Shown: piece after piece, positions 49,857 to 64,000 of the stretch
How the letters are laid out: every line of letters begins with the position of its first letter
Numbering within the stretch: position 1 is the stretch's first letter
Notes under the pieces: generated by a model
The model's input: the letters and a program-made list of their open reading frames with translations, nothing else
Database searches by the model: none
What the model was told of the DNA's origin: nothing
Source: Callorhinchus milii
Lineage: Eukaryota
Length of the DNA: 64,000 nucleotides
NCBI RefSeq assembly: GCF_018977255.1
Contig: NW_024704742.1
Location: 72,728,001-72,792,000 of the forward strand
Reading direction: 5' to 3'
Program-made: the position numbers and the translations under genes

Positions 49857-50393
49857 TAATACATGTGGAAACCCATTACCATGCTTAAGGGTATTCAAAC
49901 CAAACTGAGAATTCCACGCATCCCACCCAGGAGCTTGGTCGAGCTCCTGAATTGTGGCCTAGAATGTTAAACAGATGGTCTACGATTTCTTTTCTCATTT
50001 TCATGAGGATGTTTGCCAGCTGGCACAAATGTTTTCAGTACATTTAATTCCTTCAGTTCCTATATAACATAAGCTGGTATGTTGCAGACATTTACTTTAA
50101 TATATCTGGATCCAGAATTTAAAGTCACACTGCTAACTTCCTTTCCATTGGCTATAAGGGATCTGAAATGGCTTTGGACAGTCCTAATAAACCTGAGACT
50201 AAAGCATAAAACTACCTCAAATTTTGAGCAATTCACCAATAATTGGTCATTATGCCCAAAAAGGCATCCAGGATATGTGTTCGAGCAATGGAAACATTTT
50301 CATTGATTCAGTTAAGGGATGCTTCACTAAGGTTGGGGTTAGGGTACATTACTGGAGGTTTACTCAGGATCATTTCAGATTTGCAAGTGCTTT

Positions 50394-50930
50394 ACAACAA
50401 CAACAACAACAACAAAATTACATTTATAGAGCACCTTTCACGCCGAGAGGACTTCCCAAAGCGCTGAACAGTCAGGTGTCGGGGCCCAGGCATGGGGGAG
50501 GGGTGGTGTAGGGATGAGGGAAGGCAGAGGTGGGAGGGAGGTGGGAGGGAGACCAAAGGCACGGTCGAAGAGAAGGGTCTTGAAACGAGCCTTGAAGGAG
50601 GCAAGGAAGGAAGCGAGCCGAAGGGACCATGGGATGGAGTTCCAGAGTGTGGGGGCAGAAAGCTGAAAGCCTGGTCACCGATGGTAGGGCGGGTAGGGCA
50701 GGAGACATGGAGCAGACCGGAGCCCGATGAACGGAGGGAGCGGGCAGGTTGGTAGGGTGTCAGCAGGTCAGAGAGGTAGGAGGGGGCAAGACCATGGATG
50801 GCCTTAAAGATGAGGATGAGGATCTTGAACTCGATCCTCTGGGGGATGGGGAGCCAGTGGAGTAGGGTGAGGGTGGAAGTGATGGGGTCACAGAGCTTGG
50901 TGCGTGAGAGTACACAAGCTGCAGAGTTTA
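50394..50930 (-). mobile_element. L2 3' fragment
   Basis: NSAACVL...[17 protein letters not shown]; (CAA)n tail. Confidence 0.9.
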
Positions 50931-51662
50931 CAGTGTCATTAGGAGGCAGAAGTAGAAAAGGCACTGTGATCTGCTGTCATTTTGCTAAAAACTACACTTA
51001 CAAATTACACAGTCTCTACACTTTACAGTGTATCATGTTAAACGGTTTGCAACGTCCTCCCGATGTGCAGGGCACTATATCAGATATAAGGATAATTATT
51101 TCATCTATTGGGAGTGCGTGATACATGTGTTCCTGTACAAAGAATGGAAATCCCAGGGAGTCATTTAGGATATATCGATTCTTCTATTGTTAAATCTAAT
51201 CTGTTGTGTAGTGTTTACTGTATTTCCTATTGAAATTGTCTCATCTCTGAAAACAAGACTGGCTAACAATCCTGCAGATAAATTAATCATTGACCTCTTA
51301 GCTTTATCTGAGACATCCCTGTGCACAAATCTGATGCAGCGGATACCGACAAACCTACTTACTGTAAAGTGCTTTGAGACATTTCAACATTATAAAAGCT
51401 ACATCAACTGCAACAATTATTATAAAAGGTGCTTTGGATAATAACTTGATTGTTGTGCAGAATGTATGTGAACCTTATGAGTCTAGTTAAATCTGCTAGG
51501 AATGTAAAATAGCAGAAGTATTCAATGGAGCAGAATGGAAAATAAACAATATATGGAGAACCAGCATTCTGATCAAATCGGTTAGCAGTTTGTTCTCTGA
51601 CTTTATTAACGCAGAGTACTGAAAACTACAGCTAAGGACAAAGAAGCTGTTCTGACCATTGT

Positions 51663-52056
51663 TGTTCTTAGAGCAGAGAAGGTTAAGGGGAAATTTAATA
51701 GAGGTGTTCAAAATTATAAAGGGGTTTTGATAAAGTAGATAGAGAGAAACTGTTTCCACTGGCAAGTGGGTCGGTAACCAGGCGACACAGATTTGGAGAT
51801 TATTGACAAAAGAACCAGAGGGATGATGAGGAGAATTTTTTTTTAGACAGAGAGTTGTTGCGGTCTGGAATGCACTGCTTGAATGGGTGGTGGAAGCAGA
51901 TTCAATAACAATTTTCAAAGGGGAATTGGATAGGTACGTGAAAAGGAAACATTTGCAAGGATATGGGGGAAAAGTGGGACTGATTGAGTAGTTCTTCCAA
52001 AGAGCTAGCACAGGCACAATGGACCGAATGGCCTCCTTTTGTAATATTCTATGATT
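51663..52056 (+). mobile_element. CR1 3' end
   Basis: Closely similar to 15450-15842 (LEQRRLRG.LIEVFKI..., ATTCTATGATT tail). Confidence 0.85.
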
Positions 52057-55000
52057 GTGTAACCATCAAAGAGGGAAGTGAGCTGGCTGAGTGACACTGG
52101 AAGTGTAGGCAGGATGATTATATTGTGTTTGGTTTAAGTTCTGTTTGTCAAAACAATGTCTGTTTCTTAATTAAAAGGCAATTCCACAGTCTAAACAAAA
52201 TGAGTTCTCAATCCGGATTGTGGATCTCCTTCATTAGAGAAAGTGACACAGCCTCATTTAACCCATAATTAATAGACTACAGTACTGTGCAAGTCAGTCT
52301 AGACATGCCATGAGAGATGAGATTGGAGGAGTTCCATGTAAATTTATAGGTTACATATTGCGTTATGAATGATTTTCTTGAGCAATTATCTGCTTTTGAT
52401 AGATTGAAGTTTTTCTTAGCTTCTAATGACCAAAGTATGATGACTTGAACATATTTTACCAGGTTCCAAATTATATCAACTGGCATTTATTTTATTTCCT
52501 GGGGTATATAATGAGTTGTAGGGGATGTATTAATTGATTATCTATCCCTGCACTAGAATATGTATCCATCAATGTTTTGATAAGATGCATTGTTAATTCT
52601 ATACTAATAGCAGCACATATCAACAGGCAAAAAGAGTGGTGAACCCTGAGTGTTCGAGGTATACCGAGATACACTGAGTAGAAAACAAGTGCATTGTTTG
52701 GATGCTATAGAGAATAAGTGATATTTAAGACTTAAGGGAAGTACAACTTATAAAAAATTCAAACAAGAAAGTGCTTGCATTTTTATTACACATCACAATT
52801 ACACAATTCAAGGGAATTCATATGGGTAATTACTATGAAGTGTAGTGACTGCTTAAATTGGTAAAAATGATAGCCCAGCAAGAATTTATGAAAAGCCAGG
52901 AAATAAATGACTAATCAATCTGCAGAATTGGCCAGGAGACCAGGAGACACTTTGATGTCCATCTAAACAGACAGTTGGAACTTCAGTTAATATCCCATTT
53001 TAACATCTCACAAAGGGAGCAGGTGATACAGTGAAATCATATTAGAACTCAATCCCTAATTTGGATCTAATTCCAATCTTAACAGATGGAATTAAGATCT
53101 CTGCCAAACAGCTAATAAAATAACATTGAGGAATCTTAATCTAGATCCCAGAAAGTGTTCAAACTCCAGGGCTAAACTGCCCTCACATTTAGCCTACATT
53201 TTTAACAGTTTGCACTCAAAAAGCCTGTGGGAGAGAAGGTTTCTCCTGAGGTTACCTTTTAGCAGATAGGAAATGGACTACGCAAAGAAGTTTTGTGTGG
53301 CATTTGGCATATGTAACTCTTGATTGATGTGATTGATCCAGGGAATGGGCAAACAGTGAACAATCTATCCCTTTCTCCAGCCCCAGCATCACTCAATTTA
53401 ATTAGCACACTGGCACATAGAAACCATGGACTTATTTGGCTTCATTAGATTGAATCTATTCAAGCCTGCTATCTCATTGAAATAATGGATGAATTTTTTA
53501 CTCATTAGAAATCTAGCATTGTTGCCTTTGATGTATTGAGTTGATGTTTGGTGTTTAACATTCTGAGCATGATTTTCAAAGAAAGTAAGAGAATAGGCAC
53601 AACTGAGTTTGGGTTGAGAATATTTTTGTGATTTTTTTTAAGTGGTCCACTTGTAAGACTCGTGCAAAGATCTAAATCTATATCCCTGCAAAACACAATG
53701 ACTTTGGTGTTACATGTAAGTCACACATGATTGATCAATGTAAATTGTGTTCTCATAATATTTGCATTTAATAACGTGCTGTATCACACTCAAAATCTAA
53801 AAACAATGAGTTGTTTTGAAGTGCTGTGACTGCTATCATCAAATGTGGCAGCTAATTAGAGCCCAGTAACATCCTGCAAATAGCAGTAGGACTAGTTGAA
53901 TATATTTAGTTGAATTTAACACGCTTAGTTGAATTTGTATTGACAGGGGGGATATTACCAGAGCAATGGGAGAACTCCCAACTCATGTTTGAGATAGTGT
54001 TGCGGGGCGATTAATGTGCATCTGATAGGCTAATGGGGGAAGCCTGGCTTATACTGTGTAACAAAAGGCTGCTTTTAAAATAAAATGACTAAAAACATTC
54101 CCAGCAGATAAGTGGGCCACATGTAAATTCCAGACAATATAGTACGCAGTTCCAAAGAAAATGGAAAACTCAACATATTGTCGCATCAGTGATATTGAAA
54201 CTCCCAGACTCTGCACTCATTTTGATTCTATTAAGGTATGTACAATCTTTTATTGCGGGGGAGTTCCTGACAACGGCCCCAGCTCCAGGCTGCTTTACAT
54301 GATTAACTGTGCTGACCTCTGTTTGATAAATATCTTGGTGTTAAAGCATAATATTGAGCCACACACTGAGGGTAATGAGCGCTTTAAAGAACTGTTTCAG
54401 GTAAATGCCATCTAAGCTATTAAATCATTTTAGTTGTAGGAGGGGGGGTGAAAGAAAACAAAGTGTAAATTTCACTATTGCTACACTGTAAGCTACAACA
54501 ATATCAAATTATTTATAAAGTCCCGATTATTTGTTTTTAGAAATGATTACATAAAATCTGCACTTCAATTTTTCTGGGCAATAAAATATTAATTTACACA
54601 TTAAAGAATAATTTCTTTTATAGTAGGTATTTCAGACATAAATAAATGTGTCTCACTAATTACAAACCAAATGGTTTGGGAATTTTAATTTGTCATGAGA
54701 CCTCCCATGCCACAACACACTTTGCATTAACTATACAAACCAACACTTCTGGTGAATTGGTAAACACCAGCAAACGGCCAAGTTGTTTGTGTTCATTAGT
54801 TTTCATCAATCTGTCAGGAATGCTTTGGTCTCAGAATATATCTAGCAATATTCACCCCATTTCTACTGAATCAGAAACATTTAAGTACAGAAGAAAGCTA
54901 TTTGGCACATTGTGTTTGTTCTGTGCCATGCTAGATCCCTTACTCAACAACAACAACAAAATTACATTTGTATAGCGCCTTTCACGTCAGGAGGATGTCC

Positions 55001-56114
55001 CAAGGTCCTACTCTGCCCTTTTCCAGCCCATAGCTGATATGGATAGGAAACCACCCTTGAATTTGATTAAAAAAAATTAGAGCTGGCTATAGAGCCCAAA
55101 ATTCACATAAATTCACTTGGATGGGGTGGGGAGAGCAAAGTAACAAACTGAGGACCTGGAGAGGAACAAACCACAGAGAGGGATATGCCACATTTTGGTA
55201 GATATTTAAAAAAAGGTTTGCTAAGGTAAAAAATGCTTCAAACTACTGCAAATTTTACCCCATAGAGTTTAAATGCCTCATCTTTATTTGCAAACGTGTT
55301 CATTCTCAACTCTTTCACTTGCTCTCAATCTTCAATTAATGGTATACCATTTGCACACAAACACTCAGTTGATTGTTGGAATGAACAACTAACCTGCTCT
55401 CCTCCATGATCACATGAAATGACCAATTATTTGTCTTCGGCCTCATATAAAACTAGATATAAATAGGATTGAATGAGTGCATCAACGTGCTGCTGCAATG
55501 ATTAGTAGGGCATGAGTCTTAGACAAGTTGCCAGGGAAGCATCAAACTAAGAAGTGATCTTCTGCTTGCTGGTAAATGTACAGGCTTTGGTAGCAAATGT
55601 ATGTGCTTGTAATTCTTATTGGAAGAAGGCTCTGCACAGGATGTGTATTCACTGATAAGCAGCAAATCACAGGGTTGTCACATGACAAGGAGGGGAAATT
55701 TGAGACTTAGCCAGTACTTAACAGACCAATATTAGTATAATTCTAGTGACAGATGCTTGTCACTTTCAGCACCTCGGGACGTCTCCCCGACGTGAAAGGC
55801 GCTGTACAAATGTAATCTTGTTGTTGTCTGTTCTTTCAGAACAGAAAATGTGTATGTGAGGACAGAGAGAGAAAGAAACCCTTCGGTCTACTTCAAACAA
55901 CTGGAATTCTTTTTTTATAAATTTTACTTTTTTTTAAAGTAAAACATTTGCCACCTAAACTGATTTTGTCTGAGAAACAACTTAATTCTGTAATGGAAAA
56001 AGAATAGGGATGGTATTCTAGAAGGATGAGTGTTTTCTATCGAAAGGTCTGCACATTGCACTTTCATGATGCCATTTTCACAATGGCACCAGGGAGCAAT
56101 TTATAATTTGTGTG

Positions 56115-56545
56115 TCTGCCTGGCTCAGTTGTTAGTACTTTTGCCTCTGAGTCTGAAGGTTGTGTGTTCAAGCCCTTGTTGGGTCNAAAAACCCATATAG
56201 TCTAAGATGACACTCCAATGCAGTGCTTGGGGTATGCTGCATTGTCAGAGGTGACGTCCTTCGGATGAGATTTTAAACTGAGGTCCTGTCTGTTTGTTCA
56301 GGTGGATGTTAAAGATCTCGAAAAGAGAAGGGAGCTTATCCGAATGTCCTGGCCAATAATCCCCCAAATAAAATTTGTCACTCACTCAATGGCTGTATGT
56401 GAGATATCGCTGTGCACATATGGGTTCTGCAATTGCCCACAAAATACAAAACAGCCATAACACATCACAGAATATGCTGTAAAGTACTTTGAGATGTCTC
56501 GATGATATAATAAGGCACTATATCAAATGCAAGGATATTATTAAA
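56115..56545 (+). mobile_element. Older Deu-domain SINE (SacSINE1/AmnSINE1-like), near complete
   Basis: Head GCCTGGCTCAGTTG...CTCTGAGTC.GAAGGTTGTG.GTTCAAG. Central CCTTCGGATGAGA..TAAAC.GAGGTCCTG...AAAGATC...TGTCCTGGCCAA resembles the Deu domain as I recall it. L2-type tail. Further copies near 2808-3140(+), 5135-5505(+), 11300-11665(-), 14170-14505(-), 21490-21768(-), 33660-34095(-), 35166-35545(+) and 43678-43950(+). Confidence 0.75.
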
Positions 56546-59500
56546 TTATTATGATTATGTTATTACAGTGTAAATCACTCCGTAGATGTAATTTCTAAGT
56601 GTTTTTCAGTGATGGGTCAGCCAGATCAATACCACTGCCACTTTACATATGAATGGATGTTACTTTTCTTAATATATTTGAGCTTCCTATAATAGCTACA
56701 TTAAGGTTGATATTTGTTCACCAGGTATTTTGTCAAACCACCTTTGAATAGTCTTATTAACAGTCTCAGTTGCACCAATGGCTATAGGTACTATATTTGT
56801 TTCATATTGCCACCAACATCCGCATTCAATTTGGAGATTGATATATTTCCTGATTTTCTCTTATTTTTCACATTGTACTCACTTAGGATAGTCACATCAA
56901 TACAACAACAACTTGCACTTATATAGCATCCTCCACACAAGGTAGCATCTCAGAGCACTTAACAATGACGGAATCACTGTTAAATCTAGTTGATTCTTTA
57001 TGACAATATCTGGTCTGTTACAGTTAATTGTCCTGTCTGTATGTGCTTGTGAATCTTAGATTATTGTAATGTTGTTTGAGCTCCAGCTCCCTCCAACTTG
57101 GGCTCTCAGACAGCTGTGTGGACTGCTTTGAGACATGAAAGGCGACATATTAATGTAAATTGTTGTTATTGTTGCTGTTGAAGATAGACAAACATTTCAG
57201 ATTGAATTATTTTACATAATGAGTGGTAATTTATGTAGAATAGGGAGAACAGATTGTGTCAGTGAATTCACAAAGCTATTTGACAAATACTGTAATTTAA
57301 TTGAGAGATATAAGAAATAAGTTGTGAAGAAATATTTGTTTTACTTTTTTAAATTTAGGTCCAGGTGGACTGCAAGAACCTTTTCTGGTTCTAAATGTTC
57401 CTGTTTCTATGTAAATGTATACCAAAAGCGGTTTCTCAGCATTATACTGTTTCATCAACAAAAATAGCATTTATACAGCATTTTTGATATTGGGAGGACC
57501 TGGCAAAATGCTTTACAGATATAAGGCATTATATCAAATGCAAAGATTATTCATTATTATTATGGAGTTCCAGAGAATGGTGGCCAAATGGCAGAAATCT
57601 CATTCACCAATGATGGGGCGAGGGATATGATATCAGCCAGGTTTCTCTGAGCAGAGAGAGTGGCTGGATCAGAAGGATCAAGTGAGCATGATAGGTCACG
57701 TTACATAGCTTAAACTTTCAAGGCCCAAAATGCACATAGTCTTATCCAGTAATACATTTAAACTTGGCCTTAATGTAATAGACAGTTTTGGTAGTTCTTG
57801 AAAAGAACCAGAGCACTTTCTGTTCATTTTCATATTTGCACTCCTTGAATCAGACAAAAAAGAAGTGTCTTATTCATGACAGATGTATTATAGGATGGTA
57901 CTGTTATTAATGATTATTAAAAGGTGTGCTGAAAGACGAGAATTTTGAGCTTGATGCAGCAACTTAGCAAAGTGATATGCTATGGAGAGCATTCTTTTTG
58001 TATTCTAAGAGCTTTTTCTGGGATGCAGGGCTTATCCAGATGCCTGCTTTATTGATCTACTATTTGATGAGTAGGTTTACTGTACTAAAGAACATTAAGA
58101 AGTGTGGAGTTTGAACAGGCCTTTCAATCAACTGAGCTGCTTTATTCAAAGAACCATACATGATTAGCACTCCTGAACTCTTTCCAACCTAGTTATTTTG
58201 CTGAAGCAGTCAAATAAATAATGATAGAATTCCATGAAGAGAATACTGAGAAATGCTTCCCTAACTCTGACAGCATTTCAGCAGTTCAGCATAATTCAGC
58301 CATAGTATCTGTGGAACCCAACAACCCATTGATTTCCACAGATGCCAATTCTAATGTTAATATGAAGAGCGAGATAATAATAATCCTTACATTTGATATA
58401 GTGCCTTTCATGTCAAGAGGATGCCTCAAAGCATTTCATAGGATGTGCTGCTAATATACATTCAAGTGGAATATAGACCTTCACATGAGGGAGAGGGGAA
58501 TAGAAGGGTATGGGAGGGAGTAAGGAATGGGTGAAAACTCATGTGGAGAATAAACACCGGCACGGACTGGTTGGGCCAAGTAGCCTGTATCACCACATTC
58601 TTTGAAAATGTGGTGATGTGCATTTTGTAGGTAAGATACTGTTCCGTAAAATACTTTATCATCTAATCACCCCTAAAACTTCCGATTCCTTTCAAAACCA
58701 GATATTAATTATGTTGCTTCTCAAAGGAATCAATTGAGATGAGGTTAAATTATTTTAATGGTGGTATGGTTCACATAAGAAAATAAAGAACTTGGAGTTA
58801 GAGTGCCTTAACACACTGAAATGTCTCAAAGTGCTCCGCAAATAAATCCTGTCAAGTATAATGACTGTTTATTAGACAAATACAGCAGTTATTTGAGCCA
58901 GACAGTTACCACAAATCACCAGTTAACAACCAGGCATCTGAAAGATAATAACATTTCAGATGAAACATTAAACCAAGGTTCAGATGGATAATAAGAATTC
59001 ATTGCGCCAGTGATCTGGCTAACAAATCCCCCAAATAAAATTGGACATTCACTTCATGGCTATTTGTGGGATATTACTTTGTGTAAATTATCTGCTACCT
59101 GTATAGGGTTCACCTACACATTCACAATCGCCACTACATTATATTCCGTGATGCACTTTGGGATGCCTTCCTGACATGAAAGTTCCAATACAATACAACT
59201 TTAAATTTATATAGCGCCTTGCATGAAAGGAGGACATCCCAAGGAGTTTAACAGTACTGGCTTGGCGCCTGCGCTGGGATTTGGAACTGTGGGATGGGGG
59301 TGGGGGGGGGGGGGGGTAGGGAAGGAGGGGAAGATAACCGAAAGTGTGGTCAAAAAGGTAGGTCATGAAACCCAAGGATTGTTTTAATACATTATCCTTT
59401 TGCATAATGTAACATCTACCAAATTATACTATTTTGATTGCTGAGAGCTGTGAGGATATTGGACCTTAAATAATGTCTTAATTCTTAGCATTCTTCGAAC

Positions 59501-60171
59501 AAAAGCAAACTGTGCTGTTTTACCTTGTGAAACTGTTTGACTTTGCAAACATAGTTATGTTATGTTGCTGGAAGAGAAACACAAAACTATTGCTTATGCG
59601 GCTTACGGACATTTCTCAAATAGAGCATCCAACCTTCAGCAGCCAAAAGATTGGGCCACCCTCTGTTAAACCATTCCTAAGCATCTTCTAAGATTAAAGA
59701 TATAGTTTAAAAATAGGATAATATAATAATCATCATCCTTACAATGCATACATCACTTTATTGCAGGCAAATGTGGCAAACAATTTATGTGCAGCAATGT
59801 CCTTTTTATAAAAGCAGTTCCCTAGATGTTAACCTCGATCTCTGTCACTCTGGGCTATCATGATTTAAGTTCTTATCATTGACATTATGGGAAAGATTAA
59901 TAGTAGTAGCTTGCTATGGCTTTCCCCCTTTATCTCTGCCCAGTTCAACAAATGGAACAAAAGTGCAGGCATACAGAACTGGCAAAGGTACAGTATGTAA
60001 CCCCTTGTGTTTGTACAGGTTTGGGTTGGGAAGGGGAACAGCTAAAACCTAACAGTACTAACTCAATCTCTTAAATAAACTCTTTTCAGAGATTGGACAA
60101 TGACACACATGCATGCACTGTATTCAGAAAGCCACACTCATTTGTACTTAATTCTTTTTACTTAAATTTAG

Positions 60172-60299
60172 GTTCACTGGTCAAGCCTGATCCCAGTCCA
60201 TTGCCTGAAGAGATGAGATTGAGCGATCCAGTTGAAGCTGCATCATCAGATTCTGCTAGCTCATCTGTATTGGTGATTCCCAACAGGATACAATGTAAA
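60172..60299 (+). CDS. BANK1: BANK1 next coding exon (linker leading into the DBB domain; equivalent to human exon 3)
   Basis: Acceptor ttctttttacttaaatttag| and donor AAA|gtaagt. The phase-1 start joins the TIR exon in frame (G-SLVKPDPSPLPEEMRLSDPVEAASSDSASSSVLVIPNRIQCK). The end VLVIPNRIQC resembles the BANK1/BCAP VV.P..I.C motif preceding the DBB domain. Confidence 0.8.
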
Positions 60300-60779
60300 G
60301 TAAGTTAGCCTCCCAGGGCTTGACTTTGTCCAAAATAGTGCATGAAATTAATCTCAGTTAATCAGAACTGATGAATATATAGGATACTCGCTAAAGTACA
60401 GTAGTTTTACCAAAGCATTTAATTGACCAATCAAAATTGGAAATTGCACATCTCACACCGCACATGGTACTGATTTACAAGATTGGTTTGGATGAAAATA
60501 TGATCTCTTCCTTCTAAAAAAACCCCCACCCTACTGTCCCCCATCAAGCTGCTTTTTAAATTAACCCAATCTCCTGACCTATCCCATCTTTCCTGGCAAC
60601 GTGTCGATTACTCTTTGCAGCCTAGTGAGTTTTGAAGACTTTCTTGACTCTGGTAAAATTTATTTGCAAGTTATTTGGGTGAACATGTTAAGCTTTTAAA
60701 ATATATATATATTTGGAGCATTTGAGATGTGAATGGCCATGTTCTGCAGTCCAATGTACAAAAATGGACACGACAGTAG

Positions 60780-61096
60780 AAGAAGAGATCAAAAATGGCA
60801 TAAATAGATTTAAGATAAAAGGGGAAATATAATCAATAAACTAACCAAACTCAGAGAGGATAAAATCCCTGGTCCAGATGAATTGCATCCGCGTATATTA
60901 AAAGAATCTAGATAGCAGAAGCACTATTACACGCATAATAATTCATTAGAAAAGGAAGTAGTGCCAGAGGACTGGAGGATAGCTAATGTTACACCTATAT
61001 TTAAAAAGGGAGATACAACAAGCCCAGGGAACTATAGATCTGTCAGCTTAACATCGGTGGTAAGAAAGATAATGAAATCCTTACTGAAAGAGGTAA
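60780..61096 (+). mobile_element. CR1 internal fragment
   Basis: KSPGPDELHPRILKE...VPEDWRIANVTPIFKKGD...PGNYRSVSLTSVV motifs. Confidence 0.85.
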
Positions 61097-61402
61097 TAGT
61101 CCTGTAACTCAGTGGTTCGAGATCTTGCCTCACAAGCAAGAGATATGGGCTTGATTCCCGGCGGGGAAAAACCTTGGGCAAATTTCCTTACTCCACACGC
61201 CTGATAATCTCTCAACAAAAAAAAACAATAACAAATTGGTCACTTCAATCCACACCTGTTTGTGGGACACTGGTGTCTGCAATTGGCTGCGTGTTTCGCT
61301 CACAAATATACAGTCAATTCACTTTACAGTATATTTCTGTGAAGCGCTTTGAGATGTCTAGAAGACATGAAAAGTGCTATATCAAATGCAAGGATTATTA
61401 TT
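61097..61402 (+). mobile_element. tRNA-headed SINE, short variant
   Basis: Head GTCCTGTAACTCAGTGG, shared core and tail. Confidence 0.85.
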
Positions 61403-61949
61403 GTTTATTATAATACAGTTAGCAATGTGCTATGTGGCACTATTCCTTCAAATGATAAGATGATACCCCCCCTAAAAAGGATGAGCAAAAATCAAAAGGT
61501 TTGTAAATTTCACCTGAAACCTGCAATGTTTTATCATCTGGAAACAAGCCTCTGTGCGTGTTTTTCCATATAACATAGTCCAATGCCAGACACTCATTGT
61601 GGATGTTGTAACATTACAGCACAGAGCACATTAGCTGTCAGTACTTCACAGGGTGCATACAAGTTACAAATTGGGCAGAAACCAAAGCAAATCTATTTCT
61701 ACAAACAGTGCATTGTATCACAGGAGAAGGAATGCCAGGGAAGACTAAGAGATTTGAATCTGCAATCTTAGCTCTGGGCTTAGATGAAGGCTGCATTGTG
61801 AATGGTCAACCCTCACTATTGTACTTTGCAATAATGGAAAATGCTTGATAATATTAATGCCTTGTGATCACCCACTCCCCATTTCTATTATGGTCCACAA
61901 AATACATTTGAAGTATGTGATTTCCCCGGAGTCGACTGTTGATTACAAC

Positions 61950-63175
61950 TCAACAACAACAACTTGCATTTATATAGCACCCTTCATGCAGGGTAGCGTC
62001 CCAGAGTGCTTGTCAGCGGTGGAGTCTGACACCAAACCAGGGTGTGAGGGAAGGGGCAGGTTACTGTAGCATGATCAAAAAGGAAGGTCTTTAGGTGGGA
62101 TTTGAAAGTTGGAGGGAGGGGGCAAGGTGGAGGGATTGAGGGAGAGAATTCCAGAGTTTCAAGGATGGGTGCCACATAGTGGTTAAAGGCATGGTCACCG
62201 ATGGAGCGGAGGGGACGAGGGACGAACAAGAGTCCGGAATCAGCCGAGCGGAGACAGTGGGTGCTGGAGTGGGAGGTAAGCAAATCGGATAGGTAGGGAG
62301 GTGCGAGGGTATGAAGATATTTGAAAACTAATGAGAGGGTCCATTTTGTAATTGAGAGCCAGTGGAGCTGACAAGGACTGATGTGATGGGGGTACGGAGT
62401 TTTGTGAGGGTGAGTATCTGGGCGGCGGAGTTTTGAATTAATTGAATTTTGTGTACAGTGGAGCTGGGGAGACCTGTGAGGAGGGCATGAGAATAGAACA
62501 GCCGGGAAGTGACGAAGGGGGTTTCGGCTCCAGAAGGAGTTGTGCAATGTGACGGAGGTGGAAAAAAGCAGTCCTGGTCAGGGAACAGATGTGCAGTAGA
62601 AAGGAAACCTAGGGATCGAACCTGACGCCTAAGTTGCACCCATGTTCAGTCAGTCTGAGGGAGAGCCCGGGGAGGTTGAGGAGTTCAGACCCACCAGGAG
62701 AGAAGATATTGATGGGAGCCAAAGAGTATGGCTTCTGTCTTGCCAACATTCAGCTGCAGGAAATTTTCGCTCATCCAGGCCTTGATGTTCATCAAACAAG
62801 CTGACAGGACATCAGTGGATTGGGAGTCACAGCTGAAGGAGGAGAAATAGATTTGTGTTCATCTGCATACATGTGAAAGTTGATCCCATGTCTGTGGATG
62901 ACATCACCAAGAGGGAGCATGTAGATAAGGAAAAGAAGGGGGCCAAGGATGGAGCCTTGGGTACCCTGCAGGTGATTGGGTGGTGCGGGGGGGAGGAAAC
63001 ACCATTTGCCGAGATGTATTGTTGGCAGTTGGTTAAGTAGGACTCAAACCATGTGAGTGCGGGCCCACTAAGGTGGATGAGGGAGGAGAGGCAGTGAAGG
63101 AGGATGGTAGACTGTGTCGAACACAGCGGAGGGATCCAGGAAAATGAGGAGGCAAAGAGAGTCCTGGTCACAGAG
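61950..63175 (-). mobile_element. Older L2-family fragment with a distinct tail variant
   Basis: Degenerate VPQGSILGP / YADE / LHWL motifs. The tail variant CTTGCATTTATATAGCACCCTTCATGCAGGGTAGCGTC also appears as short fragments near 20211, 43955 and 56903. Confidence 0.8.
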
Positions 63176-64000
63176 AAAAAAAGATGCCATTTGTTACTTT
63201 GGAAACTCAACAAGCTTCCAGCAATTACAACATGAATCTTCCAGTACATTAAAGGCATGGAAGAGACGAGCGTTTGGCTCTGTATCAATAACCACTGTTG
63301 CTAGGAAACCAGACTTGAAACTAATAAAAACACCCTTAAAATTAACAATAGATATTAAAACAATAACAGACAGTGTCATTTCAAGACTGTAAACTAATGG
63401 AAGGGTAGAGAATTACAAACTGGTGAAGCATCATTGTTATTGGTTATGATATCAGCTGAGTAATCATTGTGTCCTTTCTATTCTCTATGGATTCTCTATG
63501 TAATCTCTAATCTATATAAGCGCTAATAGAAAACATTAGACACCTCAGTTACAATATGCACTTATATTTTTCACAATAAATATTGCAAAACACACAGTTT
63601 GCAGTGATGTTACAAAGCTAGTAACATGAGGGTTTGGGATGATATAATAACTCATCAATGTTTTCCCAGATGGGTTTCTGCCCTGTAACATACTGTGCCT
63701 GTGATTAACCTTTATAACCTGTACATAGCATCGGTCACCCCCCTTCCCCTCCCCTCCCTTCTCCTCCCCCCCGACTCCAGCTCGGTTCTGAAATGCTATA
63801 TAAATGCAATTTTGTTGTTGTTGTTGTTCCCTGATGGGACAACAGATAAAGCCATTGTCTAGTGTAATATAACCATACAAAGTCAGAAATTCCCAGGACT
63901 GATCCTCGGATTGTATCGAGTTGTCTGCTGCTATTATTAATCACAGTGGCATTTGGGCTAGTGTGAGGAAATCAATAGGGATTCCCATTGCTAATCCCTC

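Noticed and set aside
57340..57416. Acceptor-like TTTTACTTTTTAAATTTAG resembling the 60172 acceptor
   Set aside because: The in-phase frame stops after 18 codons with no convincing donor.
58221..58454. Protein-like ORF as an extra BANK1 exon
   Set aside because: The in-frame AG lacks a pyrimidine tract, the better upstream acceptor meets stops in all frames, there is no donor, and the ORF runs into a SINE tail.

Overview
Repeat-rich vertebrate genomic DNA, most likely a cartilaginous fish (inferred from tRNA-derived Deu-type SINEs, L2 and CR1 LINEs and a divergent BANK1; species not determinable here). The only host gene I can support is the 5' part of BANK1 on the + strand: a TIR-like coding exon (43180-43578), the next exon (60172-60299) and a candidate first coding exon (41010-41022) downstream of a PU.1/Spi-B-type motif. 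Almost all other ORFs in the track come from transposable elements. These include a near-full-length L2 (30143-33560, minus) with many truncated relatives, several CR1 copies, two tRNA-headed SINE families with L2-type tails and a Harbinger-like transposase relic. The most notable observations are an unnamed hairpin-rich non-LTR element present in about 8 pieces, twice as tail-to-tail inverted pairs; a 20-nt motif shared by the L2 5' end and the SINE core; an inverted SINE pair about 85 bp upstream of the skippable BANK1 TIR exon; a 50-bp-arm palindrome; and a CR1 with a twin-priming-type inversion. Repeat boundaries are approximate, read by eye. I found no prokaryotic-type system.
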